37,153 nt of DNA from a virus (lineage: Duplodnaviria > Caudoviricetes): the IMG/VR virus record IMGVR_UViG_3300005077_000052, positions 1 to 37,153 of that record. The stretch is one strand, 5' to 3'. The notes under the pieces were generated by a model. It was not told where the DNA came from. It did not search any database and saw only the letters and a list, made by a program, of their open reading frames with translations. Below are positions 25,401 through 34,430 of the stretch, in pieces. The stretch's first letter is position 1; each line of letters begins with the position of its first letter. Position numbers and translations under genes: made by a program.

Positions 25401-27193
25401 TTGTTAACAGGTCTTTCATTTGGAAAGTGAGGTTTAGGTCCTTTATAAAATGGCTTAGAAGGTTCAAAATTGTAGAGGTGTTCAGAATAAGTTTCATTAA
25501 ATTCAGCCGGTTTAAATGGAGCATTTCTATGTTCTGTTTTAACATTAATTGAATTTTTAGCGATATCAGCTAACTGACTTTCAACATCTTCTTTTTCCTT
25601 AAGTAAATTTCTTCCTTCTTCAGTTTTAAACTGTTTAAAAGTCCCTTCATTATCCAATATATTCTCTATTTCTGTAAGTCTTTTAAAAAGTCTACTTTCT
25701 AAATCTATCTGTTTATAATATTCCTTATTATCCAAAACCTTCTTCTCAACAACAGGAGAATATTCATCCAACAACTCCTTAAACTTCTTATGGTCAATCT
25801 TCTTATCCTGATTGTCCATTAAGAATTGTTTAATGCCTGAAAGCTCAAGATCAGTTTCTGATGTCTGCTTCTTCAACCTATTCCAAAGATCACTACCTTT
25901 AACTCCCCAGCCAAATGTCTTTCTTAACAGGTCAAGAGAAACTGCTCCACTTTCATTTTTAAGCGGATCAACTACAATTTTCCAGACCTGCTTCTGTCCA
26001 GGAATTTCTTCAACTAGTTGAGGCTTGCCGAATTGATCAATTTTAAATTCCTTCCTCGCACTAACATCTTCAACCTTAACTGGCTTACCATCTTCTCCAA
26101 TTTTATAACTTGTTCTTGGAATAGTTTCAACCAGCTCTGGTCGGCCACCAAGTTTAACTTCCTCAACAGTTCCTGACCTTCCAGAAGCTGTTAAACCCTC
26201 TTCAGCTTTTGAAGGAATTCTAACTCCACCTTCATCAAATCCCTTTGACCTTTGACTCAGTTCAGATAATGTTGGAGATGGTGATTTAACTCTTGGCAAA
26301 TCAATGGCTGAAAAACCTTCCGATGCATCAATGATTTGCTGATTCTTCTGAAGTCTATCTCTAACTAAATTGTTAAGTTCAGGATTCTCTTTCAACACAT
26401 TATCTAATGCATCTACAACTGAAACACCATCCTTTTTATTCAAAGCATTTTTCAACTCTGATCTACTTTTCTTACTTCCATGAAGCATAGAGAATGTTAA
26501 TAGCTCTGTAAATATTCCTGCTGTGTTACCTAAATTAGGCCACCCATGTTTTGTGAAGAATTCATCAACCTTATCTGCAGGTAATAAGATACCTTCAAAG
26601 ATATTAGATATTAATTCAGTAGCTGCTTTTCCAGTCTCTGTCTTAGTTTCAGGTAATAAATTAGGTAAGAAACTTCCAACTTTCTCCCTAACTTCATCAG
26701 ATTTCTTAGCTATATCTTCAGAAGAAATTACATTCTCATCCCCTTCAATAATCTGACCTAATTGAATAGCTTTACCAATTCCAGTTGTAGCTAAATTGGA
26801 AAGTACAGATGGAAGGTAACTAACAGCGCCTGCACCAAAGTTAAGAGCAGTTTCACCTAATCCAGTCTTAACCTTACTCAAACCTGAATCTGTTTGAGCC
26901 TCTTTAATTATAGTTCCAGGAAGATTTTCAATTCCTTCAAATACTCTACTCTTAATTTCACCAGCTTCTTGAAATATACTTTTTGTATCTGAAGTAGGTT
27001 GTTCATAGTTGGATTTTGAATCGCTGTATGCATTTTTTGCATACAGCAACCCATCATTATCTTGAAGTTTAATCTTATTTAAATCTAACCTCAATCCACC
27101 AGAAGGTCCAACACTTACTTCATCCTCACTTTCAGTTGAATCAGAATTTGAACTTGAACTATTAATTTTATTTAGGTCTAAAATCATCTCCAA
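22433..27193 (-). CDS. Large internal virion / ejection protein (large polyvalent-like)
   Basis: 1586 aa, helical, last gene of the virion operon as in podoviruses; central HF...LAFAR...IHEVQSDW module. Confidence 0.65.
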   Translation of the reverse strand: MEMILDLNKINSSSSNSDSTESEDEVSVGPSGGLRLDLNKIKLQDNDGLLYAKNAYSDSKSNYEQPTSDTKSIFQEAGEIKSRVFEGIENLPGTIIKEAQTDSGLSKVKTGLGETALNFGAGAVSYLPSVLSNLATTGIGKAIQLGQIIEGDENVISSEDIAKKSDEVREKVGSFLPNLLPETKTETGKAATELISNIFEGILLPADKVDEFFTKHGWPNLGNTAGIFTELLTFSMLHGSKKSRSELKNALNKKDGVSVVDALDNVLKENPELNNLVRDRLQKNQQIIDASEGFSAIDLPRVKSPSPTLSELSQRSKGFDEGGVRIPSKAEEGLTASGRSGTVEEVKLGGRPELVETIPRTSYKIGEDGKPVKVEDVSARKEFKIDQFGKPQLVEEIPGQKQVWKIVVDPLKNESGAVSLDLLRKTFGWGVKGSDLWNRLKKQTSETDLELSGIKQFLMDNQDKKIDHKKFKELLDEYSPVVEKKVLDNKEYYKQIDLESRLFKRLTEIENILDNEGTFKQFKTEEGRNLLKEKEDVESQLADIAKNSINVKTEHRNAPFKPAEFNETYSEHLYNFEPSKPFYKGPKPHFPNERPVNNLAFARVYDSYKFKLGDKVEDSRHIHEVQSDWMNDVRKEAGIEREIERLAELTKFTPKRDVYTKKYNLDTIEQLKYNVDQLMWQGKLDTIKCEDIITKMNEYLYNIEEPKFTQPPLKESWYKSVLRDQIGQAVREGKDSITMSTADVHKAAWDQMGERGYNYEPIYDGKYKKFLENELGVKAERVGEGEGSLWHFPLTDKVREMYKKGETFEGGKTSVGELLLRPFMNERGEVNVGRSSKEVREKFNQTEIDKIIQVGKLAERNKTTIEKLLEGQGLSKKQVADIVKVHESLKVVDPFKMAGESPLKYIEGADPIEFKVGDVRVNTSKLSNPSVPIGLETLKAIKAAEVPITGKLFKPFIPTIHTIDKFKSQFVKDLWHRANAAEVAMNKDMNNIVKTIRDIEKEFSNVKLREQAGIKQMMRSESGAKAMKKLNKTAPETIKYDKLMERVEPIFESLFNKINEVRVSIGQEPIKAIRDADGNNIYLPFIAQESFMAKVRDLLKGTKEEIELPNLITDSLNEIIHRHDLGTVEKAAFEFTKRGGLKPGVVLKLDPVKLLGEYSKVALRHIHMSPINSFIKEIVSRSLKDPESGKIYKMKEIGGNPELAEFLSRWSNKLAGVPNVILGESLRPLEKAFTKLSENLTMSILGGSLRTVLVQPVSLWNTATVFGPVRTAKGLVDTVIGRKFNDAPIGKSNVLKGRIGDPILDVVAQQFGAGKFRKGVETVKQTSMWPMKMVDYIMAEATWRTAYDSVKGRMSEIRAIKFADEAVVRTQGSGKASDLSPIQMSGFGKAMTLWQTFTINNAQFIAREVLSINHPERNPLDTARRVVYFTVGTALINNFYEDYLGIQSPSPAPIKAIVDGLEKGDETSAIVLKSLKEVSEAMPFGGSVKFGSHPFGPGIEFIGEIFKQLNKQDGYSDDLITRAINGDDKARLKLAEMIGKVTGVPGTGQAVKFVRGKMRGEDNLGALLGRYDESKKGKKGLPERRR
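27024..27046. repeat. Dispersed palindrome copy 8, intragenic (CTGTATGCA TTTTT TGCATACAG)
   Basis: Read directly; encodes LYAKNAYS in the 1586-aa ORF. Confidence 0.95.
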
Positions 27194-27956
27194 GAACTCC
27201 TAATTTTCTGAGAAATTCTTTCTCACTGATACCATTAGCTGCAGCGGTCTCAGCTATATCTTTAGCCTTGAGTTGGTAAGGTTTACCTTCATAATCAATA
27301 ACTGGAAGACTTAACTTCTTACCTTTAACATTCTCTCCAAAAAGTTTTCCTGGCTCTCTCCACTGATAAATAAATTCAGGCTGTTCACTAATAGTATTTA
27401 TAAAGTTAATCTTACCTAAATTTTCAGCCTTATCATACTCACCAGCTAAATCAGCTTCAACCTTAGCTAAATCATAAAGTTGGTCAGCCCTATCTTTCTT
27501 CAAAGTATTATTTAACCTAATTCTATATAATTCAATTCTTTGTTCCTCAGAAGGTTTAACTCCTCCAGTTTTTTCAAGAATTTCAGTCTCTTTACCTGTC
27601 TTCCTTTCCCCAGCTTCAGCCTGTCTAGCTCTCGCATTAGCAAGTGTAATATTAGCATTCAATTCTTTAAGTGCATTAGGATCATTTAACTTCATAGTTA
27701 AAAGAGCCTTATCATTATCAAAGCCAAGTTTAGCCAACTCCTTCTTAGCTTCAATGTCCATCTTATTCCATTCAGATTGAGTTTGAAGTTTAGTCAGTTG
27801 TAGTTGAACATCTTGTTTTAACTTCTCTCTCTCCAAATCTCTACTATAAACATCCTGAATATTTTTACTCATAAGGTTAGCAACATTAAGTTGATTACCT
27901 AAAAGAGATTGAATATCCTCTGGATTAAGGCCAGCCAAATCAGAGGCCGTTAACAT
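27168..27956 (-). CDS. Putative internal virion (ejection) protein
   Basis: Coiled-coil-rich; position before the largest virion gene. Confidence 0.55.
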   Translation of the reverse strand: MLTASDLAGLNPEDIQSLLGNQLNVANLMSKNIQDVYSRDLEREKLKQDVQLQLTKLQTQSEWNKMDIEAKKELAKLGFDNDKALLTMKLNDPNALKELNANITLANARARQAEAGERKTGKETEILEKTGGVKPSEEQRIELYRIRLNNTLKKDRADQLYDLAKVEADLAGEYDKAENLGKINFINTISEQPEFIYQWREPGKLFGENVKGKKLSLPVIDYEGKPYQLKAKDIAETAAANGISEKEFLRKLGVLGDDFRPK

Positions 27957-27964
27957 TGGCTGGC

Positions 27965-28453
27965 TTACAGTAAAGGGCGGTCAATACCTTTCAAACTCTC
28001 AAGAGGTTTTTCCTCCTGATAACCAATAACCTTAGGATCTCTAATCCCACCAGAAAGTGTATAACTACCATCACCTTTAAGTGTTAATTGATTAGCTGTA
28101 TTCATATCTTCTTTAGGCCCGACAATCTTACTCACATCACCTTTACCAGTAATAGCATCTATAATCATCTTATGCAAATTACTCTGCTTCTCACCTGCTT
28201 TCTGCAACTGTTGATTTCTAACTAGATTACTAGCTCCAGTCCCAACAGCTTCACCAAAACTTCCTTCCCCACTCAACTTAGCACCTACATCTCCCATTGT
28301 TCTAATAATATTAGGATCTTTCAATACATTAATCAACATATCCATAAAATTGCTTCCACCACCTCCACTATTAATTGGTGCAGTGGCTACATCATAAGCA
28401 GGTAAATTATTCATATTCTGTCCACTCCTACCTAAAAAACTGAAATCTAACAT
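27965..28453 (-). CDS. Putative internal virion protein
   Basis: Gly/Asn-rich; GGAG RBS; position. Confidence 0.5.
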   Translation of the reverse strand: MLDFSFLGRSGQNMNNLPAYDVATAPINSGGGGSNFMDMLINVLKDPNIIRTMGDVGAKLSGEGSFGEAVGTGASNLVRNQQLQKAGEKQSNLHKMIIDAITGKGDVSKIVGPKEDMNTANQLTLKGDGSYTLSGGIRDPKVIGYQEEKPLESLKGIDRPLL

Positions 28454-28472
28454 TTTAAATCTCCTTTAAATT

Positions 28473-29339
28473 TTAAAGAAATCCACCAGCTAAACCTAAA
28501 ACTCCACCTACAGCAGCACCAATAGGATTACCTCCTGAAAGTTGAGCACCCATAGCAGCTCCACTCATAGCTCCACCTAAAGCCTTTTGAACTTTACTTG
28601 TCTCACTACCACCTACACTCTTTGAATTGGTAGCTCCTTGCAACGCTCCTAATGCAGCCCGTTCATAATCAAGAACAGTGAAAGGCCATAACTTATCTTT
28701 AACAGCCATTTCAAAATTTGTCTCACCCTCATCCATCTTAGCTGCAAAATAAAGTTTGAAAATCTGAGCATACATTTCAATGGTAACTTTATTCCAATCT
28801 AATGTAGTTTTCCATCTTTCAAAGACCACAGGAATTAACTTATATCTAAGCTCAGCACTAAACTTACTCAAGTTTCTAACCTTCTCAGCTTCAATTAAAG
28901 ACTTACCAATCACAAAGGTTGAACTCACAACTGCATTAACATCCCTCGCACCAATCATAAATCTTGGGAGTGTTTCATTTTCAATTTCATAATTCAGGTC
29001 AGCAGCTTGAGCTGATATTAAATCACTAACATGTTGAGAATTTGTGACTTGCTCAAATATTGTATTATAAGCTGACTCTATATCATAGTTTAAAAGTAAC
29101 GTCTCATAACTATCAAACAATGAAGAGAAACTTGTAATAGCTACACCAGCGCCTAAGAAAGCTGTATCTACATCAATATCCTCAAAAGAACTGTAAGGTG
29201 AATCACCAACTAACAACGTTCTATAATTAGCAACATTGGCTAAAAAGGTTGTATGTCTATCTTCAATATAAGGTGCATATCTTATATAATTAGTCTGAGT
29301 GCCATTCCCAGAACCACTTCCACCTGACCCACCACCCAT
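28473..29339 (-). CDS. Putative ejection / DNA pilot protein
   Basis: MGGGSGGSG start and C-terminal glycine zipper (GGAMSGAAMGA...GAAVGGVLGLAGG). Confidence 0.6.
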   Translation of the reverse strand: MGGGSGGSGSGNGTQTNYIRYAPYIEDRHTTFLANVANYRTLLVGDSPYSSFEDIDVDTAFLGAGVAITSFSSLFDSYETLLLNYDIESAYNTIFEQVTNSQHVSDLISAQAADLNYEIENETLPRFMIGARDVNAVVSSTFVIGKSLIEAEKVRNLSKFSAELRYKLIPVVFERWKTTLDWNKVTIEMYAQIFKLYFAAKMDEGETNFEMAVKDKLWPFTVLDYERAALGALQGATNSKSVGGSETSKVQKALGGAMSGAAMGAQLSGGNPIGAAVGGVLGLAGGFL

Positions 29340-29348
29340 AACAACCTC

Positions 29349-29783
29349 CTATAAATCAATCTTATAATTAACATTAACTGGTTTAAAACCATACTTCAAT
29401 GCCAACTCTTTAACTCTCTCATTGGCTGTAGTCATAGAAATAAATGAACAATTTTCCTTCTTAGCATATTCATAAATCTTCAAACTCTCACTTGCCCAAT
29501 CATCATCTGACCCACTAACAAAGCTGTAGAGAGTTTTAAAAAGCATACCTTTCTTATTTCCTACAAAATCAATTATGAAAGATATGATTAAAATTCTTTG
29601 AATCTGCCTACTGTCTTGATCAAAGCTGATGAAACAAATATCTTTACCATTCAAAAGATTGAGCAACAGATTAATTGAATAACTTCCAACATCATCCTTC
29701 TTAATCCCATCAGCTGAAGTTGAGGCAAACTTTATAGCCTCCCAATAATTTTGAATCTGATCTACTTGCAACTTAATAATCAT
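29349..29783 (-). CDS. GNAT-fold-like virion assembly protein
   Basis: EYAKKENCSFISMTT...LALKYGF resembles a GNAT C-terminus; position matches podovirus acetyltransferase-like genes. Confidence 0.55.
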   Translation of the reverse strand: MIIKLQVDQIQNYWEAIKFASTSADGIKKDDVGSYSINLLLNLLNGKDICFISFDQDSRQIQRILIISFIIDFVGNKKGMLFKTLYSFVSGSDDDWASESLKIYEYAKKENCSFISMTTANERVKELALKYGFKPVNVNYKIDL

Positions 29784-29790
29784 AAACCAC

Positions 29791-30999
29791 CTATTTCATT
29801 TGAATAGTATCTAAAAAACTGAAGCCATGAATCACTCCATTAATCTTAATATAATCAACAGTAAAACTTTCAGTTGTTTCAAGTGCATCAACTTTAACTT
29901 TAAAATCTATTCCATAACAAGGAAGGTTAGCTTCATAGTTAGGTTTAAAAGTAATGGTTGGTGTAGATGCAAATGTACTTGAAAGTGGTGTATTGTAGTA
30001 AATTGTACCCTGTAAATTCTTACTATAAGATGAACCTACTTCAATACTAAAGATAGTTTTCTCCTTTCTGGTCCCAAAGTCATAAATGCCTGTAGTGATT
30101 GAAAATGCATCTTTAACAACATCTTCATCACTGATCAGATAACTATTACCATCTTGATATGAAAATGAAGTTACACCTACATACCCTCCAACAAGGGCAT
30201 TATCTTTAATTGAATAAACATAACCAGTAGTTCCATCACATATGTGAAGTAAACTTTCTTTAACATCAGCAGAGATAATAACTGTTTCCATTGAAGAGAA
30301 ATATCTCTTATACCCAATAAGCTCCTTACCTTTATTTGACAGTTTCCAAAACTCACCATTATTTAAAATGAAATAGTGTTCTTCATTATTAGTGAACAGA
30401 GCACCTTTATTCTTCAACCCTACATTAAACAATCTCCTTTCACCGAAGAATTTATCTTTAGCAATCAACTGTGAAATACCATTAGCACCGTAAACAATAG
30501 GAGAGTTATCTAACATACGAATTGCATAGGTAAACCCTTTCCAAGGTAAAGGCATCTTACCAGCAACATTATCATGGGAGATGATGAAATCTACTGACCC
30601 AACACCTGACCATGCCACAGCGTTGTTATCAGGAGAGATTATAACTATAGAACTATCAGCTCTAATCCCAATACCTATAGGACCACCAGCTACAACAACG
30701 CCAGGAACAAATGTACTATAAGCACCTAATCCTAATCCAACTAAAAATTGACCTCCAAACTCTTCAAAGGAGCCATAAGCACCTATTGCAATTCTTGGAA
30801 AATCAGCTCTGGCAAATAGATCTATATTAATATCAAGCTCTGGAATCCTCGGCTTACCAGGAAGTGAACTTAATACAGCGATAGGTCTAATTAAAATACC
30901 TACTTGCGCTGTACTAAGATCAACAGTTATCTCAGCAGCATCAACTCCAAAGAGTCTATCACCGTAAGAATATGATCCTAATAAAATTGAACCATACAT
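29791..30999 (-). CDS. Tail nozzle / DNA stabilisation protein-like (C-terminal part)
   Basis: Beta-propeller-like sequence from NAVAWSGVG onward; C-terminal TGIYDFG...KTIFSIEV. Confidence 0.5.
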   Translation of the reverse strand: MYGSILLGSYSYGDRLFGVDAAEITVDLSTAQVGILIRPIAVLSSLPGKPRIPELDINIDLFARADFPRIAIGAYGSFEEFGGQFLVGLGLGAYSTFVPGVVVAGGPIGIGIRADSSIVIISPDNNAVAWSGVGSVDFIISHDNVAGKMPLPWKGFTYAIRMLDNSPIVYGANGISQLIAKDKFFGERRLFNVGLKNKGALFTNNEEHYFILNNGEFWKLSNKGKELIGYKRYFSSMETVIISADVKESLLHICDGTTGYVYSIKDNALVGGYVGVTSFSYQDGNSYLISDEDVVKDAFSITTGIYDFGTRKEKTIFSIEVGSSYSKNLQGTIYYNTPLSSTFASTPTITFKPNYEANLPCYGIDFKVKVDALETTESFTVDYIKINGVIHGFSFLDTIQMK

Positions 31000-31037
31000 A
31001 ATATATCCTTATACATTTTCTAATGCAATTATCTTGT

Positions 31038-31922
31038 TTATATATTAGAATTACAATACCAAGTGTTAGTAGATGAATTATTATAATCTAAACAAGCCTG
31101 ATTCTTTGTATGTAAAGAACCTATAACATTATTCATCAAAGCATCAGATTTAAAAATATAACTCCTACCTCCATTGGCCCAATCAAGATCATGCTCTTTG
31201 TTGTTAATGAAAGTACCATATCTACCAGATAATTTATAACATCCTTTAAAACCATTTGCTACAGTAGTACACTGGTGGTGATTATTAACAGCAGTTAAAG
31301 TATGAACTTTACCTGAAGACTCAACATCACAAAGGCATTCATTAAACACGTTGTTAAGAATAGAGACTCCATTGATCGATCCAAAGTTGCCATCAGGCCG
31401 AGCGTTTATATTTATAGCTTGATCAGCATCTTGAAACCAACAGTTCATAACTTTTGCAAAGAATATAAAAACATCTTGTTGAACTGCAAGATTAACACAG
31501 CATCCCCTTCTTTCCACGTTTCTGTTAATACATCTAACGCTATCAAGTATAAAATTCCGGTTCCAATGTGTTGCATCTATAAAAGGTTGTAGATGTCGAA
31601 TATTAAAGAAAGTGGATATCCCATTAGAATCTTGGTAACTCACACTAAAATTCTTTGCAGAGAAATAACCGTATTTCAGGTCATGTCGAAATAGATCACC
31701 AACTCCCTTAACCCACACTGTAGTGGATAAAGCATCCATCCCAACTAAAGATATTGGACCATTAAAGGTTATTGAATGGTCTATCTCCCACTCACCTGTA
31801 GGTATTAAAACTGATTTTCCATTTGCTGCAGTTAATGTATCTAAAAGCGCCTGCTTATTAACTGCCCCAGAACCATTTAAACTCCACCCATAATCAGCAG
31901 GATTAAATAAATCATTTCCCAT
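31038..31922 (-). CDS. Pectate-lyase-like beta-helix tailspike / depolymerase
   Basis: FNPADYG...VLIPTGEW...ISLVG N-terminus and Asn-rich beta-helix rungs. Confidence 0.65.
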   Translation of the reverse strand: MGNDLFNPADYGWSLNGSGAVNKQALLDTLTAANGKSVLIPTGEWEIDHSITFNGPISLVGMDALSTTVWVKGVGDLFRHDLKYGYFSAKNFSVSYQDSNGISTFFNIRHLQPFIDATHWNRNFILDSVRCINRNVERRGCCVNLAVQQDVFIFFAKVMNCWFQDADQAININARPDGNFGSINGVSILNNVFNECLCDVESSGKVHTLTAVNNHHQCTTVANGFKGCYKLSGRYGTFINNKEHDLDWANGGRSYIFKSDALMNNVIGSLHTKNQACLDYNNSSTNTWYCNSNI

Positions 31923-33095
31923 TTATGCCTCCATTGCAATTACAGTAAATGCCTTATCAGCTGCTGTCCAAGATGTATCAAAAGTTAGAACAGTACAACT
32001 ATCTACACTTACAGAACTTACATAAGTATAACCTGTCCCACCTAAAAGAGAGGATGATACTGTATAATTAGTGGTTTCAAAATCTGTTCCCCAAGTTACA
32101 GTGTAATTTCCAGTACTATTTTTCACAGTAGTTGCATTGTATCCAGATATAAAAGTACCTGCACTATTAGCTCTTGCAAAACCTTTTGGAATTGCAGCAA
32201 GGGTTGATGATCCAAGAGATGAATAGGTAATCTTACCTATACCACTGGTTACTACTATCTTCTCAGCAGTTAAATCATCTGAAACAATTGTAGTCGCAGC
32301 TCCAGTAATTGTAGCCTGCTTACCATTCAACTGAGTTTGAATTGCGCTTATCACCCCACTAAGATAACCCACCTCAGTAGGAGTTACACCTTGAATATTT
32401 TTCCCATTCATATCCAAGTTACCACCTAACTGAGGTGTAGTATCTTCAACTACATTGCTGAATAATGTAGTTTTAAATGTTCCTAATATCCAACCACCTG
32501 CAGCACTGTCAAGAGTGGCATCATAAAAGACTGAGCTAAACATACTATTAGCAATGTCGCCTGAACCAATAACTGAATAGGAACCATCTACAAACTTATA
32601 AATCTTTTTAGCACCTAACGCATTTACATTTAAAGTTGAGGCGCCTGTACTTGCATTTGTAAACTTAACATTAACTACAATTCCAGTTGCATAAGCTGTA
32701 AGAGCTGGATCAAGTGTGACAGCATAAGTATTAGTGCCTGTAGCAGTTCCAAAAGCCAGACTTGAATTCTGCACTGCCTTTTCCAACTCATCCATTTTTC
32801 CAGCAGTTAAAACAAGTGCAACATTATCATCGGCCGCCCACTCTTTAGCTACCGTACCTTCTTGTGCTCTTGTTATTGCAAATGTATCACCTGATGTAAG
32901 TGTAGCTTTAACCAACTCCCTCGTTGAGTCAAGACAGGGGGATGGATAAGTTGCTCCATAAATAACCATCATGAAATCACCAGTAGCTGGAAACAGCGCA
33001 CCTTCACCTGTAGCTACAGTTAAAGAAGCAGCACCTATCAACACAGTGCCTGCAAGCGTTGAATAAGCAAAGTTTTTATTCTTCAAAAGTCCCAT
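31923..33095 (-). CDS. Tail fibre protein
   Basis: ITRAQEGT, STLNVNALGAK, DTTPQLGGNLD, YLSGVISAIQTQLNGKQ, TGNYTVTW modules. Confidence 0.75.
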   Translation of the reverse strand: MGLLKNKNFAYSTLAGTVLIGAASLTVATGEGALFPATGDFMMVIYGATYPSPCLDSTRELVKATLTSGDTFAITRAQEGTVAKEWAADDNVALVLTAGKMDELEKAVQNSSLAFGTATGTNTYAVTLDPALTAYATGIVVNVKFTNASTGASTLNVNALGAKKIYKFVDGSYSVIGSGDIANSMFSSVFYDATLDSAAGGWILGTFKTTLFSNVVEDTTPQLGGNLDMNGKNIQGVTPTEVGYLSGVISAIQTQLNGKQATITGAATTIVSDDLTAEKIVVTSGIGKITYSSLGSSTLAAIPKGFARANSAGTFISGYNATTVKNSTGNYTVTWGTDFETTNYTVSSSLLGGTGYTYVSSVSVDSCTVLTFDTSWTAADKAFTVIAMEA

Positions 33096-33106
33096 AATTT
33101 ATCTCC

Positions 33107-33568
33107 TTATGAAGAAATAGTAATATCTTCACCAGTTAACATAATATTTGAGATTGTAAGAGCAGCCCCTTCTGCCACAGTTTGAACACCATTAGCATCG
33201 AAGAATGCACAAATTGCGTCAGTTTCATCATCACCACTACCAGTAGCTGTAGAATCATTATAAATAATTGCACCTACTGTTGAGAGTGGTCCACCAGTAG
33301 CTGTCCATTGAACATTTTGAAAAGTTACCTCACATCTATTCTGAACATTATCAGTAGTAACTGCAACAAGGGTAAGTGTAGCACCTCCAGCTGTATATCC
33401 ATTACCTGTAGGAAGCTCCCAAGTTTTCACATCATCATAAGCATTATCAGCAGCCTTATTAAAAGTATAACCAAGATCCATCAAAATTATCTTAAAAGTA
33501 TCAGAAGCTGCTGCAATCTGCCCTTTCCACAACATCGTTTTAAAACTATTAGGTACCTGATTAGCCAT
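33107..33568 (-). CDS. Virion structural (tail-associated) protein
   Basis: DTFKIILM, GNGYTAGG, WTATGG, GAIIYND pattern common in phage tail regions. Confidence 0.6.
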   Translation of the reverse strand: MANQVPNSFKTMLWKGQIAAASDTFKIILMDLGYTFNKAADNAYDDVKTWELPTGNGYTAGGATLTLVAVTTDNVQNRCEVTFQNVQWTATGGPLSTVGAIIYNDSTATGSGDDETDAICAFFDANGVQTVAEGAALTISNIMLTGEDITISS

Positions 33569-33588
33569 CTTTAAATCTCCTTTTTAAA

Positions 33589-34074
33589 TTAAATATAACC
33601 TGCATCTGGTGAACCGATTAACAACTGACCATTAAAATTACATAACGCCATCCCTGTTGGAATAGTTGTTGACATTGAATATTCTTTACTTTCAGCATTT
33701 CTTACAACTGTCTGTCTTCCATTTGAAAGTATTATATAATCATGAAAGTCAAGAACTTCCCAAGTTGATCCTGGCGTTGAAGTATATTTTAATGTCCAGG
33801 TTTCATTTTCATATTCATAAATTTCAGTTTCATTACATCCAATAATTAAATTGGTGAGAGTGAAAACCTGTGGATAAGGAAATGATCCTCCAATATCTGA
33901 TGTGTCAAGCTGATCTATATCTACAACAGTCTGCATAACACCATCTTTAATGATCATTCCTAATGAGCTTGTCAGAAAATTACTATTCCTAATGTCTGCA
34001 TTAGTCTTACTCAATCCTAAATTCAATTGAGTAATTACTTGAGAAAATTTTCCATTTCTTAAAACTTCCATCAT
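33589..34074 (-). CDS. Beta-propeller fragment, nozzle-like (N-terminal part)
   Basis: Repeated beta blades (DFHDYIILSNG, CNFNGQLLIG). Confidence 0.45.
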   Translation of the reverse strand: MMEVLRNGKFSQVITQLNLGLSKTNADIRNSNFLTSSLGMIIKDGVMQTVVDIDQLDTSDIGGSFPYPQVFTLTNLIIGCNETEIYEYENETWTLKYTSTPGSTWEVLDFHDYIILSNGRQTVVRNAESKEYSMSTTIPTGMALCNFNGQLLIGSPDAGYI

Positions 34075-34430
34075 ATTGCTCCATTATCACTATCAATTGA
34101 AACAATTAAATTATCAACAGCTGGTTTAACTACTGAATTTAAATCAACCTTTTCAACAATCTTCAACTGCCTTCTAATTTCAGGAACAGCTTTATTTAAA
34201 ATTTCAGTTGAACTTAACCCAACATTTTCACCCTCCACTTTCTCAATAACTCTTGCAACAACTTCAGAATGGTTATTAAATTCTGGAAACCTCTCCTTAA
34301 ACTCTCTCTTAACTTTAGCCATATTAGCATGATGACTCATTAAGTTTCCTATAACCTCAGGCATCTTCAACAGCACCTGTTCTATAACATCTTTAATCAA
34401 CTCATTCTTTTCATCAACAGTTAACATCAT
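34071..34430 (-). CDS. Hypothetical protein
   Basis: 119-aa ORF with ATGA overlaps on both sides. Confidence 0.7.
   Translation of the reverse strand: MMLTVDEKNELIKDVIEQVLLKMPEVIGNLMSHHANMAKVKREFKERFPEFNNHSEVVARVIEKVEGENVGLSSTEILNKAVPEIRRQLKIVEKVDLNSVVKPAVDNLIVSIDSDNGAI

Noticed and set aside
22433-27193. N4-like virion RNA polymerase using the palindromes as hairpin promoters
   Set aside because: Protein is far smaller than N4 vRNAP and I see no polymerase motifs; not formally excluded without structure prediction
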